Shown here piece after piece: positions 38,173-51,762 of a stretch of 64,000 bases of DNA. Every line of letters starts with the position of its first letter. Within the stretch, counting starts at the first letter, position 1. The notes under the pieces were generated by a model that saw only the letters and a list, made by a program, of their open reading frames with translations, made no database searches and was not told where the DNA came from. Both the position numbers and the translations under genes were made by a program. Source of the DNA: Phallusia mammillata (taxonomy: Eukaryota); contig OZ281494.1 of the NCBI GenBank assembly GCA_965637545.1, positions 1,116,001-1,180,000 of the forward strand. Direction: 5' to 3'.

Positions 38173-38613
38173 TCACGGGGCAGACATTTGTGGGTACAAA
38201 GGTGTAGTAAATGGCCTTCGTAACCTGCTTAGCAACACCGTGCTTATGTTGGTAAACTTGCGTATAGCGTATAGATCGTGATAAAGATCAGCCTCGTCTG
38301 GATCTCTGATGATTAGTTGATTGAAGCTATACGTTGTAGTGATATAACTTCTGTTGGTATTGAATGAACTTATTTGCACGGCAATGTCTCTAGGCAAAAC
38401 ACCTTCGATGAACTCTTCTCTAGGGGGGAGTTCGAAATAGTCTACTAGATCAAAGAATCTAGCGCACCAGTCTCTGTATACGTTTCTGTAGAAAACCAGC
38501 GGACGGCGCGGTGGCACGCCAAGCGGTATTAAGTGTGGCAGGTAAAGACTACCTGTACTTTCGTCCTCACTTTCAGACTGTACCTCGTCAATCAATGTCA
38601 TGAGTCTCGACAA
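38173..38613 (-). CDS. Orphan intronless ORF (146 aa from TTG, 142 aa from the first ATG), unknown function, possibly retroelement gag-like
   Basis: Uninterrupted ORF in a locally GC-richer patch, single copy in the window, unrelated to the receptor family. Confidence 0.4.
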   Translation of the reverse strand: MSRLMTLIDEVQSESEDESTGSLYLPHLIPLGVPPRRPLVFYRNVYRDWCARFFDLVDYFELPPREEFIEGVLPRDIAVQISSFNTNRSYITTTYSFNQLIIRDPDEADLYHDLYAIRKFTNISTVLLSRLRRPFTTPLYPQMSAP

Positions 38614-39424
38614 ACAAGGGTTTTGTACCTCAAATTTGTTTATTATTATTCACATAGAATGTCTTATTCAAATAGACTTATTCAAATAGAATGTTTGGGA
38701 AACAAAAACATATCGTTAGAAATTAATAGTAATAACGTTTACATATAAATTAAAGTTTAACTAGCAACCAACACATTATTTCAATGCAAGTAATTAAACA
38801 GTAAGTCAAAGAGTTAACTGCGGTAGGACTAAAACTGCTATGAGCCATTACATCAGCGGTACGTTTTATAAATTCATAGCACGTGACATTAACTGTACAA
38901 CTATGCCTTTGCCGTTGGCGCTTGCACATTTTCTCACACACAAAACAGCGCCAAATTTACCACACAATACCAAAACATACGATTAAAGCGGGTAAACACC
39001 AGATAGCAAGGTCGAACAACCTCCTAATTTAACTGTAACAGGGAATATTATCAACTCGAGCATTTTAGCAAGTAAAACCAGCTAATTTGGTAAATAACTA
39101 TTGCAAGGTTTGCACAAATTATGACGTAATCGCTACACATTTTTACTCAACAACTCGGATTTAGCAATTAACTACAAGCAAAGATTTTATTATGTTTATA
39201 TATTATAGTGAGGACGCAGAAATATATGCCCCAAGGCAAATATCTGGGAATTTAAGTTTCAACAAATCTTACATACTTAATTATTTTACGACAAACGCAG
39301 AAGCACATAGACATCAGATTGTAGCTAAGCATGGTTGACAACACATGTGCAAAAATTATAGAAAATTTATTATTAAACACAAGAAACAGCTCATTTTTTT
39401 ATAATGTCGTTGCTTGGTAGCAGA

Positions 39425-42400
39425 TCATTGGAAGTTTGAATAAGTGTCAAAATCAGACAGATATTGCATCACGACCGAGTAGCAGTATTTGTAGAGTTCC
39501 TTAACAACATAAACTTAAGTTAAAAAAATGGTCACTTATCTCGCACCTAAACCTTAAGAAAAACATTACCTTGTTGTCGATCATATTTGGTCTCATATCT
39601 CTCAGATCTTTCACAGTTCGGAATACATCTACCCGTTTTTGTGCCTTCAAACGTTCGAGAATGTTCACCAGAGCGATGAATGTTCCAGTTCTTGTTGATC
39701 CGTTGCTGGAAAAATATCAATCTTATTTTTTTAATACTATTTGTCCTGCCAACATATTTATGTGTTTTACAACTTTTCTTCAGTTTTCCACTTTTGTACA
39801 TTGACATAATAAATTGTAGCGAATCTCCTTGTTTTGTTATAAATTTAAACAAAATGTTACCTGCAGACTACCAACACATAAGGGCAATTCTGCTTGGACT
39901 TCAGCCGTTGCATTTCCTCAATAATTTTGATGAAATCCATTTCTTTCAGGGGTCGTTCCACGTCACTCCATCCCTTTACTTGCATAAGCATCAATTGAAT
40001 ATCAGTCTGAAAACAGGTGAAACTATGTTTGATTATGCAACGTGTTAAATCCGGTCTTGAAAACCAAAAAAAAACCACGTGGTTTTCATTCAATTGCTAT
40101 GTTGTGCTATTTGTTTCTGGGCGTTTTCATGTTCTAATACATTATTTAATGCCAAATGGTTTACACACATTTGACCACAACTAAAATTGTTAATTTATGA
40201 GTAATATTATTTCAAAGTTTTAAACTTACAAAGGTCTTGGTTGCAGACCAGACGTTGACAGTTATCAGATTGTGAACGTTGAATTTATTCACATCACATA
40301 CAGATACCGAAATGTCTTTATATTGTAAAGCTGCATTCATTGGAATCTAAATAAAATTTAATGTTTTATTACGTAATGAAACTTTGCTTAAAAAAAAAAC
40401 GAATTTACATCAATGATATTCTCCAAATCAATGACAACCATAGCTTTCTTCTCCACAATCATCTTCCAAATATTTTCCCTTTCTCCAGCAGCAGGATTTT
40501 TTGCAGCGATAAAAAATTCTGAAGAACCTTGTTCCTATATTCAAAACTAGATTAAAGTGGATCAAAGAAAAGTTAGTTCACGAAAAAATGTTTTGTCACA
40601 AACACAAAGATCATTTACATTCAGACGTGTAAAGCAAATACATTTTTGACATTTTACATGAACGGTTTGTCAATGATGTCTGTGCGTAAAAGCGTTTATG
40701 CAAGCACTTAAAACCTATTCGACTTTACTGCAAAACACATTAGTACATGCGCCAACAATTGCAATTGAAATCGCGATGTTAAGGAATTGCGTAGTTTATA
40801 AAATCACCTGAATATACGAAGCATCCACCTGCTGTATAATCACAAGTTTCTTGTTCCAAATTTTTACTGCCGTGTTCTTATCTGAACAGAATATTTAATA
40901 TGGTTCAAGATCAATATTTCTATATTGTGAGAAATTCACTTACATGTTCTCAGCTGTGGGTGATTTTCCTGCCATTCCTCACCGAATCGCCACACAATGT
41001 TTTGAATTCTAGCTCTTGCACTTCTTTGCTGTAAAACATAAGTTTGTACGCGTGCTTACATCATTTCCAACCTAGTTGTTAAAAGCGGTTTGAACAATAA
41101 TCTCAACAAAGTGACTACCATTGTGTAACACCAACAAAATTCGTGCACTGGAAAAAAGGTCATGTAATTTGATTAACGAAAACAAAACGAGTTACATTTT
41201 ACTTGAGTTCATCGATTGTAGTTCTTGCACATCTCTATCGGTTTCTGTTAAATTCTCACGCTCCGTAAGAAGTTTGTAGACGTACATGTATTGTTTCTGC
41301 AATAATGCGAATTAAAAAAACACATCTACAATTAACAATGTGTTTCTGGTCTTAGGTACACTTTATGACCCTCTTCTTGCAAAAGTAACATGTGTTTTTT
41401 TACCAAATATATTCGTGTGGTTTTCCATTAATTAGTTTAGTTAACGTTTGCAGCACATTACCGAGTTTTGAATCATGTCTGTTCGATTTTCTCTCATTCT
41501 TAACACAGTTTGCGGAACATCAACTGTTCCTTTGTCGTCAAGTTCATGAAACAAAGTGTCCATCGCTATGTAAGTACCGGTGCGTCCCACTCCAGCACTG
41601 CATTCCAACCTTAGCTTTATTGAGTGATCAAACTAACACAGGGTTGATAAAGTCACCTGCAGTGCACAATGATTGGAGCATTTGTGTTTTGCAAATCATC
41701 GACCATGTTACGTAGGTGGATCATGTTGGATGTAGTTACTGGAATCCCATGATCGGGCCAAGTTGTAAACTGCAACTGTGTTATTGTTCTTTGTTCCTGA
41801 GAAACAAAACAAGTAATTGAACCAATTATTACGTAATTTTTACATCAAAGGAACGTGACACCCACATGTCGTGCAACATTGTGCGAGTCAAAAAACGTTA
41901 CGCAACGAAAGTTTAGCAAGACAAATACTACTTTGTTAGTGGTTTACATTTTTTGCCATTTAGCACATACTCTGTTTGAGGATAATTCGAACTGTCGATA
42001 TATGATTCCACCTAGACTTGTTTCATGTTGTGTTCGAACTTCCAAATTCGACGACAATTTGATTTTGGACTCAAGTTCAGGCCAGTATTTTTCACATTTT
42101 GTCTGCATTTCAAAACGATTTAGTTATCTCTAGACAAACAAAATACCTGTTTTCCATTAAATCGTTGGAAGAATTGATTTTGTCAATCAATGTATAATTG
42201 CCATAATGTAAACAACCAAACCCAACTCTTCCTTTTTCCACCAAGCCAGTAAGCATTACGATGATGTTGGAGTTTTCCTGCCAAACCATCAACCAGAAAT
42301 CGTTGATTGTCTCCTTCTTTGGACCCTGAGTGGCGATGAACTTCCTCTCGTTATCGTAACCCGGTATATAAGCGGCGTTGATGTAATCAAAACCACTCGA

Positions 42401-45400
42401 GCATGATCGTCTGTGAAACAATGACACGAAAAAAATGTTTAACCTTGTTAATCTAACTACTTCACATTTTGTGTTTCAGAAGTGTTACAACAAATATCCA
42501 GCGTAGTAATTAGGGTAAAAGTTGACTAATACTAGTCAAATAACAATACCTCTTTTTGTTAGTAACTATTACAATCAATAAAAATAAAACAAAGTCTGCT
42601 CAAATTTTACCGTGGATGTGAATTCTGTTATGACGCGAAAAAAAATGTACAACAACTATGCCAATTATAAATAAAAGGATTTCTAATACTTACAAGGATA
42701 AATATTCTTGTAGCGGTTTCTGACAGCATTTTGCGGTAATTGTGACACGTCCCTTGTTCTCTCGTTGTTTTTACTTTGGTTTTCGACTTCCTGAAAAATG
42801 GTCAAAACCAATGAAAGGAGTGTTAAAGGTTAAAGGTTTTTTTCTTGAATTGCTCGGAAATAAATGTTTAATATAGTTTTCTCTAACCTTAAATTCGTTG
42901 ACAAATAGAAGTCCTGACTCAACATTTTGCTTGAACACCTCAAACAATTTGGTGATTCTGCAGTTTTTTGAGGGGACAACAGAAGAAGATAGATTTTCGT
43001 ATATCACGGGTCCTGTTAAAACCATGATGTACATTTCAGCATGGCTCTATGGTATTGTTTTTATCAATTTTGTGAAACCTTATTAGTTAGTTAGCAATTT
43101 CGATAGTGAAAGTTACCTGCGGGTGACATTTGCGATGAAAATTCTACTTGTGAAGGCTGATCTTTATTATTTCTGCAAACACAGAATAGCTTATTTGATT
43201 TTGTTTAGAAACCTGCTTAGTGTGCCTTCTATTCAAATGTACGTGAGTGTTTAATCTTTGCTTTAATAAAATACGTTTATATTGTTAACCGTTATCTGAT
43301 TTTCAGCCAATGGTCAAAACTAATGAGTGGGGATTGCCAGCAGTAGGGAAGAAATCAACTAAATGTAAATCCAAAATGTTTTGCTTTGAAAGATCAAAAA
43401 CATATTCATGTTTTGTGAGCCAAATCAGTTAATGACAAACCTGTTTCGACGTTTAATCATAACCACCAGCCCAACAATGACAAGTACCAGAAGCAACAAC
43501 CCGATCACAAGACCAGCAATCATTCCAATACTCGTGGCAGGATTAGTTTCGGGAAAACAGCTTTGAGGGTGATTTCCTGGAGTGGTTACTGTCAGATTAG
43601 ATGTGATGTTTGTGTTGATTGAACCAGTGACAATCACTGTGATCTGTGAGACAAAAATTCTTTTAGTTTGAGAGTTTTAACAAAACGATTTTTAACATTT
43701 TTTTCTGTTTGTTTTTACTTAGCCAAAAAATGGAAAAAAAGGTCCTTACCAATATTTCATACAAAGTAGAGTGATGGAGATTTTCTATTATAGTTGATTT
43801 AAGAAAATAAGGGACAGATATTGTTTGATTAAAGCCATGGACATCAATTTGAACCTGTATGTAATTTAAAGCAATGAAGAGTAAAGTTCTTTTCAGCACA
43901 TTGATGCACTTCTAGGTACGTTTAACAAAATTAAAGACTCAAATATAAACAACAACAACGAAGAGCTAGTGTTATACCTGCGCTAACAGATCGTTGTTTT
44001 TGATGAATTGATCAAGTCCAGTCCAACTGAGAAGCACAGTTGAAGCGTTGCATGAAAATGTCCCTGCAGTCGCGTTTACTGCAACAAAATATTTACTGTT
44101 TTTGTTTTACAAAACTTGTAGTAATTCAATAAAGATTGCAGGCGTTTCAAAAATTGTGTTTGTTAATCACTTGTCTGCACTCCATATTTTGGTTTAAATT
44201 ATACGCAAAATATTACCTTCGGGATAGCAGCTTGGAGGGGGATTGCCCGGAGTTGTTACTGTCAGATTGGATGCGATGTTTGTGTTGATTGAACCAGTGA
44301 TTATTACTGTGACCTGAAATCACAAACATACGTTTTGGTTACGCGAATGTTAGGACAAGTTTATTAACGTTATTTGTTTCTGGTAAACCATTGCTTGTTC
44401 AATTGACAGCAAGAAAAGCATTAGTCTTTTACCTCAACGAGATACGATGTTGAGTGAGTGAGATCTTCTATTGTCATGGAGTATTCAAAATACGGAACAG
44501 AGACTGTTTGGTCTAAACCCTCGAATTGAATTTTAACCTGTATGTGTATTGGTTCAAATAATCGTTTAGCAACATACAAAATTGATTTGAACCTGCGCTG
44601 CTAGTTTGTTTTCGTCGATGAATTGATCAAGCCCAGTCCAACTGACAAGCACAGTGGAAGCGTTGCATGGAAATGTCTCTGCAGTCGTAATCACTGCAAT
44701 ACAAATAGGAAAGAAACGCTGTTTCTGGTTATTAACGTTTGTGTTTGCTAATATAGTTTGCTCGCTAATTCGGAGTTATGGTTGCAAAACACTGGTATGT
44801 TTTTCTAATCATGTTTGTTTTCCATAACTTCGGTGCAACACTAACCCAATTTAAATTTATTTTCACCTTTAGGGTAACAGCTTTGAGGGGGATTACCCGG
44901 AGTAGTTACCACCAAATTGGATGTGATGTTTGTGTTGATTAAACCAGTGACAATGACCGTGACCTGAAAAAAACATTGCGATGAAACAGTTTAAACCTGT
45001 AGTTTTGTAAATAGAAGGTGTCCTACAAGTAATTGTTGAATTAACTCAAATAAGAAAAACATGTTTTCACCTGAATTTCATACAATGTTGAATAATCAAG
45101 ATTTTCTATTGAAGTCGAATTGTCAGAATATGGAACAGAGATATTCTCACTTAAACCCTCGACTTGAATCATCACCTGTATATAGTTTCGATTTAATTAC
45201 CGGTTTAACTTACGTAAATGAAAACCAAACAACACAACGTTTCACACAAACTCGGTTTAAACCTGCGCTGTTAGTTCGTTTTCGTTGATGAATTGATCAA
45301 GCCCAGTCCAACTGATAAGCACAGTTGAAGCGTTGCAAGTAAATGTCTTCGCAGTCGTGATTACTGGAATAATTGTTGTTAAGATTTGAAATACAAATTT

Positions 45401-48389
45401 TATACGTAGCACGTATACTTACCTGAAGGATAACAACTCGATGGTGGGTTTCCATAAGTTGTTACTGTTTTTGATGTTGAGACGTTAGTGTTCAAGCATC
45501 CGGTAAGCATTGTAGTGGTCTGTTAATAAATATTAAGTTATGAAATAGCATAACATTTAAACCAGTTTGTTTTGGTTTCTGGTTAAGCTACGTTCGATTA
45601 ACGCATTGTGAAACTGTTTTCGTATTCTTTGTTTTGTTAGGTAAATTAGAAAACTATGTTGTAGTCAAATAACCTGATTCATATTTAGGTACACTATTCA
45701 CGGTTTTGAATAATCTCTGCAAAAAAATCAGATCCAGTATTTGCGTATAATTTCTGACTACCTGATGACAACAACAGCACTTGTAGAAACGCAGTCATGT
45801 TTTATACGCAAATACTGGTTCTGATTGTTTTTGCTTTGGTTCATGGTGTTATTGAGCTAGCCATTCAAACTCAACAAATAAATTCAAAATACTGATATTC
45901 AAACACCTCAAAAGTATATTGTGTCGAAAAACATAGGTTTCCAATTGTTGTCGATAGATCCACATACGGTGTCACTATTCTTCTGTTCAGCTCCAAAACA
46001 TGAATCTCAACCTAAATAAACCAGTAGTCAAAAACTGAAAATCCCAGACATATGAAACCATTTTGCGACACGCTACCCAACATCCATCAGTGCCCACAGC
46101 GCTATTAACCACATACTAAGTGTTTACTAATGGTATCGGCCTCCCTCAACGTTTCCGCACACAGGTTCTTTTAGAGTTTTCGATCTGGGTGACAAAACCT
46201 ACGTAATGCAATAGGCAAAGCTAAACGTCTTGAACAAAGCGCAACTTGACATTCACCGCCCTGATGTAGAAGGCCAGAAAATTGTCGCATAAACGGACCC
46301 ATCGCAATAAACGTCCGCCGTGGGGACTCTTTATCCGCTCTATAGGCAGCGATGTGTGCCTTTCTCTAGCGTTCTCTTCATGTCGTTTTGGTCGCGCGTT
46401 GGGATTCATACTTGTTTAGTCTCTGCGAATAAAGCAGCCTGAGTGGTATATTAAACATTACCTCTGCTAGTAGATTATTGTCTTCGATGATCTGATCAAG
46501 TCCAGTCCAACTGATTACCACAGTTGAAGCATTGCATACAGTTTTCTCCACAGTGGCTTTCACTAAAAATAAATTATACGGGTAAGATTCCGGTACGGAA
46601 AAAAGCAAATTTAATTACTCACATTTCACTTGACAAGCGTAGTAAGCCGTTTCCCCACTGCATTTCAAGCTTGACCGTTCCCATCCGATCCCATAATGTA
46701 ACACTCCCTGCTGGCAAGTTGTAACGCTGGAAACAGGAAAGTTTGTCGGAGATCCATCGCTCTTATACCAAAATTCCAACAGCGTGTTGTAACGAACTCC
46801 GATAAAAACGTTAATATCTAGAACACATTTGCAAATACTATCTATAAAGCGAGTCTGCCTTTTGTTGTTTTGAAGACCAAACGCTTACGTGGTGCAAGAA
46901 ACGATCCTTCATATACGTCGAATTTCCCAAACGGTTCATTGGCACTTCGCAACTTGCTTGAAATATTTTCTTTTCCTTTCCTTCTGTAGTTAAATATTTC
47001 TTTTTGATGTTTGCTTGTGTCATTGTCGGAAAACAAGGAATACCGAAATGTCCATCCTGACCCTTTGTGAAAAGATGTTTGTTTGATTTGCAAAGAATTT
47101 AAGTGTAAGTTGAAACGTGATGATGAACAACGAAAACTGGTTGTAGCGCTGCTTACTTGCGCGAGCCAAAACATAGAATTCCTACAACACAATGAAACAA
47201 GACGTTGCAAATAAAAAAGTGTACGAGACATATTCTGAGTTTCGGTTACAGAAAAATATTTGAAGCAAAACACCACGTTGTAAGGTGTTAAAAATGCAAT
47301 TTATAATTAGTTGTTTGAGAAATTGTGTATTCTTCCTTGTTTCGGTGCTGTTATTTAATATAACCGGATGTTTTTGTAATTGTTGTGCTAGTTTAAACGT
47401 AACATTTTAGCAACAAAACAAAAAAATTAACATCTGAAAACGTAATTTAGGCAGAAATGCTTTTGCTCTGTCAAAATCACTGAATAATGTAAAGCTTAAA
47501 CCTGGAACTGAACAATTTGTTCCGATGGTCACATACCACCTCTCCGACGTCGTTCCTGTTCCATAATCGCAGAAGTAAATAGTTGAACCCATGTTTTGAG
47601 GATTGCTGTTGAACAAAACCAATATTTAATGGTTACGAATTTGATTCCGTTCAAAGCTGTTACCTCCTATACAAGTCAAAATACCACAAATGTTCAAGAG
47701 ATTTTGTACTAGTCCAACCCACTTCAGTCCAACAATACGAGTATTTGTATCGTTGTGTATTTTTTTTTCTTCGATAAAAGATAAAAACCCGCTGCAAATC
47801 TTAAATAATTTACGATTACATCACAATGTCTTTTCTTCAGAAACGAAAGATGCATCCATGTAAACAATGAAACTGAAGGTTGTTTGTGCAACAACGATAA
47901 AAATCCTTTTATGTTAATAGATTTTTGTTAATAGGTTAATATTTTTATGTCAATAGTTTGTATTTAAAGTATGCGGAGTAAATTGCCATGTTCCTAATGA
48001 TATTCCTTTTACATTCAAGCAAACCTGATATGTATTTGTCTGTCATGAGTTGAGTGAGAGTTGTGTTGATCTGTGGGTCATCATTCATTGCAAGATTGCC
48101 ACCCAGCAAAGAACATTTCTCCTGCGCAGTGTTTGCATCCACAAGATCGTCAGATAATATCAACACACTGTCCTTCACTGCTTGCATGGTTTTGACACAA
48201 CCTGGCAAAGAAATGGATTAATATTGTAGCATTTCTGTGATGGTTTTGTTGCAACCTGACAAACAAGTTGGGGATTGCAAGTGTGTTTCTGAAATATTTT
48301 ACAATATAATACATCTTACTTGTTTGATTTGATGACCATTGTGCTGACGACCACAGCATAATGAAAAACGCCAGAGTCCTTTTAATCAT
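39425..48389 (-). pseudogene. G4: CTLD-CTLD-FN3x4-TM-PTP(D1)-PTP(D2) receptor with open ectodomain but frameshifted phosphatase region
   Basis: Signal exon 48320-48389; TM exon ~43440-43645; ends ...DFDTYSNFQ* (39425-39427). 19-nt deletion at 42388/42389 (compare G1 ~61598-61616) shifts the frame before DYINAA. A 4-nt deletion at ~40995 affects the first D2 exon. Confidence 0.78.
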
Positions 48390-49489
48390 ATTTAAAATGT
48401 TCTGTGCTACCAAGTTATATTTTATTTATGCAACAAACGTCTTACTGAAACAAATGGTCTTAGTTAACTTTAGAAAAACAGAACATAAGAGACAATTGCA
48501 CTTCCCACATATCATCGTTCTTCCCACATGGCAACTAGAACTAAACTGAAAATTACGATTCGCTTCAAAACACTTCATTGCTTCGCGTCGAAATGAAACG
48601 TTAGTTATTTTTCCATTTTTGATTTTGGAAGCATCTGATGCAAATTAATTGTCCTGTTTTAATGGTCTACAGTCTACACCTTCATGGTGCTCGTTATTTG
48701 CGAAATCCACCTGGCAAACCAAATCTAAATGAATATGAAAACCTCGATTTCACAGTCCACGGAACCGTTGCACCTACGGAAACGAAAGTAGTTTGGCATT
48801 TTCCGATGTTCGCATTGACGTTGACTGTTTACCGACTCGTTCAATTACGTGTGATCCACCGCAAGCATTGTGTTGGCGAGGCGTAAATGTTTACTAAGGC
48901 TAAAAATAACGTGTTCGTTTCACTTTACGACCTAAAAGCTCATCGTATATTGTGTGTTCAGGCTAACGTTTATTTCGTTATTCATTGGCATCAGATAAAC
49001 AATCGTAAAAGCAAGTCTGCACACGAAAGATTTTACTTTCTTTTGTTGGATGTCTACGAACATCATGTACGAAGTAAAATGGATTAAAAAAATGTTTCGA
49101 TTCGTATTTTTTTTTCAAAATGCGAATCAAACATTTGAACGTCTACTTGAGCCGCTTTAATAAACAAGTACAAGCCAGTATGCTTGATTATTAAAACACA
49201 TTTTTCTTCACAAATATACAAACTCAGGCTTGTGGTATTTGCTGTTTAGCAGAGACTAGACTCATGGTTTGAGAACAAGAAAAGAGTGTAATCTTGTCTG
49301 TTGCCTTTGCAAAAACACTGCTAAATCTTGCACAATTGTTTTTATTTATGATGGTAATTCATATGTTATGTTGATGAGCAAAAACAACTTTCGCCCTACA
49401 GCCATTTTACACCTGTTGTGACTTCTTACACCGCACCGCTGCATCTATGGATACGCAAGTGGTTTTACGATTGGGCCATTGACGTTCCC

Positions 49490-50360
49490 TGTTTATTGAC
49501 TGTTTATTGACTGCTTAAACTTCGTCTGTCGTCTTTGTACAAACGCTTTGTTGCGGGAGTGTAAGTCATTACAGAACTAGTGCTGACTGCTCAGTTCTGT
49601 TTGTGAAGTTTAGCTTATCTTTTAGCCGTCTTCACTAGCACGGACAAAGCAATGGTACAACTTGTCACAAACTACAAATCAAATATGTACACTTAATATA
49701 TAACGGAAGTCTACGAGTGTCACGTTCACGAAAAACACACGTCGGTTACTTTGTTTATTCAGGTAGAATTATCACAAGTGTACCAATTCCAGTTGCGACC
49801 TACATTTACGGCCTTATCAGAGTAACTGGTGATTCAGATTGCATTGGCTTTCAGTCTCTTACAAACTAGAGTGTCTATAGATAATTGCAATAGCCAAAAG
49901 GGCTTATATCTTGTAATCAGTTGCACTGAGACCTTGTGGGTTGAAAATGTGTGCAATGCCTGTCTTACTTATCATTTATTTGCTTTATGCTCTTATATTG
50001 ATGTCTGTTTATTGACTGCTCAAACTTAGTTTGTTGGCCTTGTACAAACGCTTTGTTGCTAATAAATCATAATAGAAGAATTTACTGATTTTGGTTAAAC
50101 TGGTGCTGACTGCTCAATTGTGTTTGTGAAGTTTAGCTCATCTTTAAGCGGTCTTCACTAGCACGGACACAGCACTAGTAAAATCTGTCAATTACAAATT
50201 ACAAATCAAATATTTACATACATTATATATTGGACGTCCACGAGTAATCTATTAGAAAATCTAGATATTCATTCATTCAAGTAGATGGATCACAAACTTG
50301 CAAACGCCTGTTTCGACCAACAATTTTTTTTGGTGCAACTGGTGACAAGGCATATATCGT
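49490..50360. repeat. Local tandem duplication (~49490-49830 and ~50005-50360) in intergenic DNA
   Basis: Both halves begin gtttattgactgc..aaactt.gt.tgt.g.c.ttgtacaaacgctttgttgc and each matches the single copy at ~17090-17450. Confidence 0.65.
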
Positions 50361-51488
50361 TTTGGTTCACGTAGGCTCCGACATGGCTATTCAGCTATTT
50401 ATGCTTTTTAGATATTCATGTTAGTCAATGCGGTCTGTGTCTTGTCACTAGCAGTCTGAGGTTGCTTATCATTTTTTGCTTTGGTTCTTTTATAGGTACA
50501 AACTCATAATTAAGATGTTTTTGTGGATATAGAAACTCAATTTCCCGTTTTCAGTGTTTTATCTTGTGCAACGACAACTAATAAAAATTATAATAAATTC
50601 AGCACATCACATGAAGTGCAATAACTTTCCAAGCCAGTCTTGACGGGTTCTTAGCTATTTGCCCAATTAATCCAATTTGCATGATGATATTGACAAAAAC
50701 AGTTGTTAAATCTTGTGCAGTATTATGTGTTTATTTTACATGGATACTAGTTTTGTTTTTTAACACATTTCTTCGTGAAATATTTATTTTTTGTTAATAT
50801 GTAACTAATCTTATCTGTCATATTTGTTTCACATGGAGAAGCTCTTTTGTATTGTTTAATAAACTTTGCACAAACAATCATCAAATACGTGTAAGACCTC
50901 AAAAGCAAGTATGATAAGCTTCACAATTAAAAGACGGGTTTACTAGGTCGATTATGATTTCATCGGTAACACGGGAATAACTTTTCTGATTCAAGTGGTG
51001 CAAACTTTTTTTATTTGGTAAAAGAAACGTGAAATGAACTAAACAAGTCATGTGCAACACATAGAGACAAATGACAATGGTCAAATTTGACAAAATTACG
51101 TTATTGTTTCGTATGTGTGGCGTTGATTTGTCTGTTCGAATTTGATAACGGTTTCGTATTCGTTAGCACCTGCGTTTCCGTTGGTAAAGGGCACTACAAC
51201 TAAAGAATGAAAGGATTTAAACTGGAAATTTATTCTACATTACAATTTTCTTACCATCTACCCTTTTGTGTAGACTTTGGGCTTGTGTCGTTTGCTTTTC
51301 ACGTTGTCTATTCTGATTTGTTCTGAAAAAAAAAAAACAACAACAATGATAATATTGATAAATCGATTCTGGGAATCATTCCCTGTCCTATTGCCATTGT
51401 TGCAACGATTTCCACCTTTCATATTTTATATATCACAAGTTTGGGAAATCTTTATTTCCAGGCTGAAATCAGTTGACAATTTTTTAAA

Positions 51489-51527
51489 AAACAAATATAT
51501 TTCGCGAAAAAAGCATCTTCAGTGTCT
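51489..51527 (-). ncRNA. Second copy of the candidate hammerhead ribozyme (inverted repeat)
   Basis: Exact reverse complement of 52708-52746. Confidence 0.55.
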
Positions 51528-51762
51528 ACAGAAAGCAATAAAAGGGATTAAAATTAAAAAAGCCAATAATAGTTCTTTAACAACCACGGTCACTCCACAA
51601 CTGAAAGCCTAGCAGACTAAACTAACTGTGAACACGCAATACAATGTAAGATAAGAAACGCGCGAAAGATAAAAACCGCAAAAGTGTAAAAGGCGAAGGA
51701 AAACACACGTCACTTACACCTGGGTAAATCCGTATCCGGATTACAGCAACAGTCTGAAGAGG

